A DNA stretch of 63,904 nt, the filler included, from an uncultured Methanosarcinales archaeon (GTDB lineage Archaea > Nanobdellota > Nanobdellia > Woesearchaeales > CAYNLP01), in assembly GCA_964398115.1 (NCBI GenBank). It is 3 parts of 3 records of this genome, joined end to end, with 100 filler letters (N's around TTAATTAATTAA, not from the genome) between each part and the next. Parts side by side here need not be neighbours in the genome. Positions count along the whole stretch, not along the records: positions 47,454 to 63,904 come from CAYNLP010000019.1; 2 more parts are not named here. The stretch is one strand, 5' to 3'. Under the pieces are notes generated by a model. That model did no database searches and was not told the DNA's origin. It saw only the letters and a list, made by a program, of their open reading frames with translations. Position numbers and translations under genes: made by a program. Shown here in pieces: positions 58,901-63,904 of the stretch. Position 1 is the stretch's first letter; each line of letters starts with the position of its first letter.

Positions 58901-59422
58901 TTCTAACACTACTTTTTGTGCATCAACTAGTTCTTTGGTGAGTAGTCTGAACTTGCCTTTTCTGCCGCAGCTGCACCTGTTTGGGCTTTTGAATTTGTTG
59001 TCGTCTTGTACTACGTTGATGACGTTTCCGCAGCTGGGGCATTCGAATTTGGCGCTGGTGACTTGAGGACGGACGTCGCTTTTCTGCCTTACTATGCCTT
59101 CGATTCTGATGAGTTTTTCTATGTGTTTGCTTCGAATGTTTCTCATCATGACGTGTTGACTTTCTGGCAGGTCTTTGAACCTGACTTTGAAGTTTTTCAC
59201 GTCTCCTTCTATGTCGAATCTTTCTACAGCGACTTCTGCTGCTTTGATCGCGTCTTCTGGTGCTTCGAGTAAGCTTTCGGCTAGGTCAGGGTTGAATTTA
59301 GCTAGGTCTTGGAATTCTATGACTATGAATTTCTTTCCCGTCCTCACGCGCTCCAGGAGCTCGTCGTAGCAAGTTGTTTCGAAAAATTCCTGGAACGCAC
59401 CAACTTTGTCGCTTGCTTCCAT
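55961..59422 (-). CDS. mcm: MCM replicative helicase containing an intein
   Basis: CPSC..C.C Zn finger, GDPGAGKS, IDELDKM, AAANP..GR, NRFD, C-terminal wHTH. Confidence 0.97.
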   Translation of the reverse strand: MEASDKVGAFQEFFETTCYDELLERVRTGKKFIVIEFQDLAKFNPDLAESLLEAPEDAIKAAEVAVERFDIEGDVKNFKVRFKDLPESQHVMMRNIRSKHIEKLIRIEGIVRQKSDVRPQVTSAKFECPSCGNVINVVQDDNKFKSPNRCSCGRKGKFRLLTKELVDAQKVVLEEAPEDLRGGEQPKRLNIYFRNDLVSPMTEKKTNPGSRIEIVGIVKEVPITTSTGAKSTRFDLIMEGNYVEPVQEDYTEIELDDDRVQKIKALSEEPKIYDKLVQNIAPSIYGHDKVKEALLLQMMGGVKKEKENGGRTRGDIHVLLIGDPGAGKSAMLKRISELAPKGRYVSGASSTGAGLTASVVKDEFIKGYALEAGAMVLANKGIACIDELDKMDSDDRASMHECLEQQCFNYDTKITLADGRERKIGEFVEEKLKEYPNKVIKGNDCLILEPEVLDEEILTTDWNDIYPVTIDRVSKHKAPDQMYEVTFTNGRSIKVTPEHPVFCIEDGKMKTVRADNLEGGECVPVPTETPISGETQSFETREEDLFNSRASQHIKVPVHNDEEIYRIVGYLLSEGCKEVNRGKNIGVNFTNKDEELLVDFDNCMQEVFDIGCYEQERNVEGRSWKHLRYISRELTSFFEEELEGVLKSRDEKHIPDKLLKGRKEDVAHLLKALFEGDGHVSVKPRTLRIGYGSDSKRLVEQVQDLLLRFGIRSSVTEHKGSYKVNVTGYDNIQKFNEQIGFIRTEREEKVQTYLEEKTPIRTYKDVVRSCGEEIIDLMEKYDIDKVGNNNKATMKHDYLKKGKGISKKHLQKLVDELKKKDIREEDREQVEFFENMAYGKIGFERVKQVRRVEPEHEWTYDVTVEPHHTFISQAAVLHNTVTVSKANIQATLRSETTLLAAANPKFGRFDPYEMIAKQIDLPSTLINRFDLIFPIRDLPDEEKDEKMASFILGMHKEGEEKEGEEVSFEEIDPELLRDYIAYARQRIRPVLLEGAMNEIKNYFVQMRSTSTDESEGIRAIPISARQLEALVRLAEASAKTRLSDKVKKKDAERAIDLLHYCLSQIGLDPETGEIDIDRISTGISASQRSQIHIMKDIIQDLENTLGSETIPEEDIIQKATEEGIEEYKAEEILEGLKRQGDVFEPQPGKIQRM
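56786..58204 (-). mobile_element. Intein (473 aa) with LAGLIDADG homing endonuclease
   Basis: LEQQ|CFNYD...TPEHP...GYLLSEG...ALFEGDG...YDVTV..VLHN|TVTVSKA. Confidence 0.95.
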
Positions 59423-59974
59423 TTAGACTACTCTTTTCAGGTTTTCGACAAGTTTTTTGGTTGCGCTGTGCACTTCATCTTCTGACTTTGTTCCGGTGCA
59501 CACGATTTTTCCGTTGCTGAACAGTAAGAATGTTGCTTTTGCGTCTATGAGCTTGTAGACAAGCCCTGGGAATTGTTCAGGTTCGTACTCTGTGTTTTCT
59601 AGTTTTAATGCTAATGTGTTGAGATTTAAATCCATTCCGATGCTTCCACTTGCTACTATGTTTTGTACGTGGATTTTTGGTTTGATTTTAACGTCTACAC
59701 CGATTTTTTTCAGGCTTTCTTGGATTTGTTCTACGCTTTCTTCTACTTTGTCCATGCTTTTTGCTCCGGTGCACACGATTTTTCCGCTTGAGAAAATGAG
59801 TGCTGATGTTTTTGGTTCTTTTATTCTGATGACTAGTCCTGGGAATTGTTCAGGATTGTATTCTGTGTTGCTTAGTGTTGCAGCCATTTTTTCTAATGGA
59901 ATGTCTTGTTCTAGGTTAGAACTAACTACTATGTTGACGACTTCTACATGTGTTTCAGAATCTTCTTTTGCCAT
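59423..59974 (-). CDS. tbp: TATA-binding protein
   Basis: Two repeats NIV.S..YxPEQFPGL..LIF.SGKIVCTG. Confidence 0.98.
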   Translation of the reverse strand: MAKEDSETHVEVVNIVVSSNLEQDIPLEKMAATLSNTEYNPEQFPGLVIRIKEPKTSALIFSSGKIVCTGAKSMDKVEESVEQIQESLKKIGVDVKIKPKIHVQNIVASGSIGMDLNLNTLALKLENTEYEPEQFPGLVYKLIDAKATFLLFSNGKIVCTGTKSEDEVHSATKKLVENLKRVV

Positions 59975-60192
59975 ATATGATCCCCCCATTTAGGACGTTT
60001 TTTAAACGTCTGTTTATAAAGTAGTATATAAAGCTAGTTTATAAATGCTTTTATAACGTAATGTAAATTTTACAGAATGGGTAACCCCTTCGTTTCATGT
60101 GGAGATTTGGGGGTTAGAGGGTTTGAAACAAGGTTTTTGCTTTTATTCTTTTTGATTTAGAAATGTTTTTGACTTAAATAAGGAAGAAATAA

Positions 60193-60831
60193 TTAGTAGT
60201 TGTTGAAGCCGTGGCTGGCTATGTAGACTGAGCGATACTCGTGACCTAGCTTATCTACGGTGGGGACTACTCCGGTAGCGGCTTGTCTAATCCTTCCTGT
60301 TAGTGAGGAATACTTTTCTTTTCTCCTTTGTCGGTGACTTGGGAGTATTGCAAATCTTGGTGATTCGTCTTCTATTGTTTTGTAAGTTTTTTCTTGATCT
60401 GCTACGATTTCTCTAACTCTTTCTATTTCTTCTCTGCTTTCTAGTCCTTTGAAACCTTCGTATCTTAGCATTTCATCTAGGCTTTCTGTAAGTCTAGGAT
60501 TTTCGGTGATTTGTCCTGTGTTTTCTGCGATGTTTATTGCTTTGCTTAAAGTTCCGAATATCAAGTTTTGAGCTTTTGGTTTTTTTGCAAAGGTGTAGTC
60601 TAAGAATTGTTCTCGGACTCCGCCTTGATACATTGGAGTGTCTAATTCGTCAGTGAGTTCTTCTACTAGGCCTGTCTTGGCTAGGTATATTTGTAAGCTT
60701 TCTCCGTCTACGCTTGCTTCTCGTGGATTTCTTGATTCCATCAATGCGTCTTTTACTGTCCATGCAATCTGCCTATCTGTGTTTCCTAAACGTAGGTTTG
60801 TCTTTGTCATCGTGGAGGTGATAGGCGACAT
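60193..60831 (-). CDS. Hypothetical protein
   Basis: 212 aa ORF, no recognised motif. Confidence 0.6.
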   Translation of the reverse strand: MSPITSTMTKTNLRLGNTDRQIAWTVKDALMESRNPREASVDGESLQIYLAKTGLVEELTDELDTPMYQGGVREQFLDYTFAKKPKAQNLIFGTLSKAINIAENTGQITENPRLTESLDEMLRYEGFKGLESREEIERVREIVADQEKTYKTIEDESPRFAILPSHRQRRKEKYSSLTGRIRQAATGVVPTVDKLGHEYRSVYIASHGFNNY

Positions 60832-60946
60832 TTAGGACTTATTTAAACGTTTCGGTTAAAACCATTTTTTATAAGAGTATTTTCTGTTTTGATTCCTTAA
60901 ATTTTTTAGAAGTGTAAAACTTCAACAATCGTAGGGGTGGTTGTTT

Positions 60947-61507
60947 ATGCAAGCTGAAAAAACTGCGGTTATAGTTGTGGATATGCAGAAAGGATTTTGC
61001 AAACCTAGTGGTTCATTATATAGTGAAAGGAGTGAGAGCGTGATAGAACCAATTCAAGATTTTGTGTCTAAGGCTAGGCGAGCGGGTTGTACTATAGTTT
61101 ACACTAGAGATGTTCATGAGGAGGAGTTCAGGACGAGGTATTATGATGAATTTGAACGTTGGGGTGAGCACTGCGTTCGAGGCACGGATGATACTGAAAT
61201 AGTGGCAGAGCTTGAACCTCGTGAAGAGGAGAAGGTGGTTGAGAAAGGAACTTATTCAGGTTTTTACAGTACTAACATGGAGCAATACCTTCAATTCAGT
61301 GGTGTGGAGAATGTCATAGTTGTTGGGGTTTTGACAAATGTTTGCGTTTTGCACACTGCTGCGGAAGCTGCGTTGCGGGATTACCGTACTATTGTTTTAG
61401 AGGATTGTACTGAAGCTTTGGAAGATAGTCATAAAAGGTATGCTTTAAATCATGTAGATTGGTTGTTTGGTGAAGTTAAGAGTTCTGAAGAGATAGAATT
61501 TGAATGA
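60947..61507 (+). CDS. Isochorismatase/nicotinamidase-family cysteine hydrolase
   Basis: VVDMQKGF, D.H, WGEHC, K..YSGF, TNVCV. Confidence 0.92.
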   Translation: MQAEKTAVIVVDMQKGFCKPSGSLYSERSESVIEPIQDFVSKARRAGCTIVYTRDVHEEEFRTRYYDEFERWGEHCVRGTDDTEIVAELEPREEEKVVEKGTYSGFYSTNMEQYLQFSGVENVIVVGVLTNVCVLHTAAEAALRDYRTIVLEDCTEALEDSHKRYALNHVDWLFGEVKSSEEIEFE

Positions 61508-61517
61508 GAAGGTGGGG

Positions 61518-62468
61518 TTAGTCTACAACTCTTTGGGTTGTGATGTTGTGACGACTCCATTCGGGGAATTTTTGTGACCAGAGAGGGAAGATTGAAGCAG
61601 CTATTGATTCTGACAGTTTTTCTGCGTTTTCATTTTTCCAGTAGTGTATCATCGGTCCGTAGTTATCGCTTGGTCTACCATCAACGTGTGAAGATAAGAA
61701 TATCGTGTTTTCCGGATTTCCGAGTGAGCGTACTGTAGTCGCGTAGTGATCGAGTCGTGCGTCTTGCCAATCCCAATTGTCGGTGTAGAATTCATCGTAC
61801 ACGTCACGGTTGAAGTTTAGTTTTGACACGGTAAACCCTCTTTCTTCTAGTTCATCCGCTAGATAACTTTGGAATTTTCTAGTGATGCTTGTTTCGGTAA
61901 TCTTTTTGCCGTTCAGATAATCTATCGTTCCTGGGTCTAAAGTGCCGTGGCCGTCATCTATGAAGATGTAGTCTAGTTTTGGTTGTTCGTTGGCTCTGTA
62001 GAAGTCTATACCTTTGGCGATTCTCTCGGCGAGTTGTTGTAAGTTGCTTTCATTTGAGAACGTTGCTAAGTGTGAGCGATTATGCATTTTGAAAAGTTCG
62101 AGGTAAGCATGTGGGATGTGACTTGTTCTTCTTATAATTTCGAAAGGTTCTTGTCTAACGTGGTTTGCTAAGCGGTAGTTGTCCATGCGGTTCATCCAGA
62201 GATGAGTTTCGGAATAGTCCTTGCATATTTCATGAGTTGGGTTTTTAGTAGGTTCTTCTACTGGTGTTTCAAAAATTTGTAGTTTGTCTTCTAACGTGTC
62301 ACTTTCTAAATTTAAAGCGGTATCGGGAGAAGTACTGCAATCTACGTGTCGTACATCACCGTAAGTGTTTTGTAAAGGAGTTCTCTCCCACGTGCTTTCA
62401 GGTGTTCTTTCTGGTGCACACGCTGCTAATAGTGCAAGTCCTCCAATCGTTAATTCTCGGAGGTTCAT
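61518..62468 (-). CDS. Lipoprotein N-acetylmuramoyl-L-alanine amidase (Amidase_3), apparently circularly permuted
   Basis: LLAAC lipobox; IDDGHG..DPG, ITE, LSSHVD Zn motifs; IPHAYLEL..LAERIAKGI segment located upstream. Confidence 0.75.
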   Translation of the reverse strand: MNLRELTIGGLALLAACAPERTPESTWERTPLQNTYGDVRHVDCSTSPDTALNLESDTLEDKLQIFETPVEEPTKNPTHEICKDYSETHLWMNRMDNYRLANHVRQEPFEIIRRTSHIPHAYLELFKMHNRSHLATFSNESNLQQLAERIAKGIDFYRANEQPKLDYIFIDDGHGTLDPGTIDYLNGKKITETSITRKFQSYLADELEERGFTVSKLNFNRDVYDEFYTDNWDWQDARLDHYATTVRSLGNPENTIFLSSHVDGRPSDNYGPMIHYWKNENAEKLSESIAASIFPLWSQKFPEWSRHNITTQRVVD

Positions 62469-62511
62469 ACCTTTCCAGAGATTGTTTGTACTTATATATT
62501 TTTTACCCCTT

Positions 62512-62772
62512 TCAGTTCTTGTACTTTCTCAGGTGCTTGCCTACTTGTTTTTTCATTTTTTCCAAGTTGTGTCGGTAATGGCTTGCCATGTTCACTCCGC
62601 TAGCTTCTAAAAGTTTCACGTATCCTTCTGCGAGTTGTACTTCTCTACCTGCGAGGCGTGCGTATAGAATTCCTGTGTCATCACTTGGGGCCTCTAGGTG
62701 TTGTGCGTGCAAGCTCAAGTCACTGATTGCATTGTTCAAATGCGCTTCTAGGTTAGCTGTTGCTGAGTTCAT
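62512..62772 (-). CDS. Hypothetical protein (86 aa)
   Basis: ATG 62772 overlaps upstream stop (ATGA). Confidence 0.55.
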   Translation of the reverse strand: MNSATANLEAHLNNAISDLSLHAQHLEAPSDDTGILYARLAGREVQLAEGYVKLLEASGVNMASHYRHNLEKMKKQVGKHLRKYKN

Positions 62773-63104
62773 ACTAGTTCTAGTAACTCCTTCGCGTATC
62801 CGTGGTAGTGGAGGTCGAAGTTGAAGTACATCATGAACTCTGGAATGAGCTGTGGGTGTTTCTTTAACCATTCGAGCATGTGCTTTGTGAAGCAATATGC
62901 GCAGACGTCCATGTCTGACTTGCATTTCAAGCACTGTGCTCCTCCTCTGGGTATCCAGAGCTCGTCTGCCTTTGCCTTCATTTCATCTACAAGTTCTGGT
63001 CTTCTTTCTCTCAGCCATACTTCCATCTCCTGTTCTAGGCAGGATATGCAAATAGGCTGGGTTATAGCTTCTTCGCATATGCTGCATTCGGCTTGGGCTA
63101 TCAT
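62769..63104 (-). CDS. Small Zn-binding protein (four CxxC)
   Basis: CSIC, CISC, CLKC, CAYC; GGAGG SD. Confidence 0.75.
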   Translation of the reverse strand: MIAQAECSICEEAITQPICISCLEQEMEVWLRERRPELVDEMKAKADELWIPRGGAQCLKCKSDMDVCAYCFTKHMLEWLKKHPQLIPEFMMYFNFDLHYHGYAKELLELV

Positions 63105-63124
63105 CTTCTTTTCGTACCTCCAAA

Positions 63125-63335
63125 TTTTTTTAGCCCAGAGAATTTGCGGCCGGACGCTGAAAGATAAACCTTTTTTAGAAATATTGTTCCCACCAAGGCT
63201 TCTTTCGGCATCCGGCTTTTGTCCTCCGGACGCGTCTTAAGCCTTAATGGACTTAATGCCGCACATGTAAATAAATGAGACTAGTTTGGTTGAGTGCATT
63301 TTCCAATTGCTAGTCTCGTTCTGCATTGTGCGACA
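63125..63335 (-). ncRNA. Candidate multi-stem structured RNA / 5' leader
   Basis: Nested stems 63145-63150/63258-63263, 63195-63201/63239-63245, 63208-63215/63226-63233, plus 63277-63284/63310-63317. Confidence 0.45.
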
Positions 63336-63386
63336 CTTTAGATTCTGTAGATATATTATTTAAATGTTTCCTTTTTAGGTTAAAGT

Positions 63387-63904
63387 ATGGATTATATACT
63401 TCGTTTTGGGGAGGTTGCTTTGAAAGGTGCTAACCGTGGATATTTCGAGCATGAGTTGAAAGAGAACATTCTAGATTTGTTTCCCAAGGTTAGTTTGAAG
63501 AAGCGTGGCGGTCGTTATTACGTAAGAGGGGAGGAAGGTTTGAATTTCAAGCGTGTTTTTGGTATTGTTAGTTATAGTCCGGCTGAGAAGGTGGGTTTGG
63601 ATTATGGTGAGATTGAAGAAAAGGTTTTGGAAAAAGTAGAGTTGGAGGGTAGTTTTGCCATCGCGTCTAATCGTATTAACAAGCAGTATGGTTTGAACAG
63701 TTTGGAGTTGAATGAAAGGTTGGGTCAGGCTGTTGTTGACGAGTATGGTTTGGAAGTTGATCTTGATAATCCTGATCAAGAGATTGGTGTGGAGATTGCT
63801 TTTGACGACGTGTATGTTTTTACGGAAAAAGTGGGGTGTTTTGGTGGTTTGCCAGTAGGTTGTGAAGGAACAGTTGGTGCGTGGGTGGAAGATGAGAAGA
63901 GTTT
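63387..63904 (+). CDS. thiI: ThiI-like THUMP protein (runs off window), PP-loop degenerate
   Basis: Manual: RFGEVALKGANR, VFGIVSYS, VDLDNPD..I.VEI, GGLPVG; SGGIDS position reads VEDEKS. Confidence 0.8.
   Translation, partial: MDYILRFGEVALKGANRGYFEHELKENILDLFPKVSLKKRGGRYYVRGEEGLNFKRVFGIVSYSPAEKVGLDYGEIEEKVLEKVELEGSFAIASNRINKQYGLNSLELNERLGQAVVDEYGLEVDLDNPDQEIGVEIAFDDVYVFTEKVGCFGGLPVGCEGTVGAWVEDEKS

Noticed and set aside
60080..60120. Imperfect hairpin TAACCCC...GGGGTTA upstream of tbp
   Set aside because: Single short stem; insufficient support for an RNA gene
63471..63779. Minus-strand 102-aa ORF
   Set aside because: Antisense to the ThiI-like gene

Overview
Archaeal scaffold of three contigs joined by N-runs with a TTAATTAATTAA all-frame-stop linker (24147-24246, 47354-47453); adjacency across the gaps is not biological evidence. 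PolD, MCM, TBP, Cdc6 x2, aIF-2beta, GatD, Rpp21, Bud32 and Cdc48, a very acidic proteome and many ORFans suggest a salt-adapted DPANN archaeon, probably Woesearchaeota-like (inference). No tRNA, rRNA, CRISPR array or transposase was recognised; the only clear selfish element is an intein in MCM. Most notable: (1) three membrane-anchored or lipoprotein peptidoglycan-directed proteins: a lytic transglycosylase-like protein with a large insert, a LysM-like lipoprotein and an apparently circularly permuted Amidase_3; (2) a ~14 kb minus-strand island (27.3-41.5 kb) with an LDH/MDH-beta-domain fusion, PP2C and Hanks kinase, then an operon of membrane anchor, lipoprotein, PspA-like coiled coil, AAA ATPase, MCM-like ATPase and helical protein; (3) structured non-coding segments on both sides of ftsZ and at 63.1-63.3 kb; (4) a recurring TTTCA-N4-TGAAA operator, a chimeric ThrRS, degenerate tRNA-thiolation enzymes and kb-scale strand-skew oscillation. 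All calls are from motif reading by eye; no searches were run.
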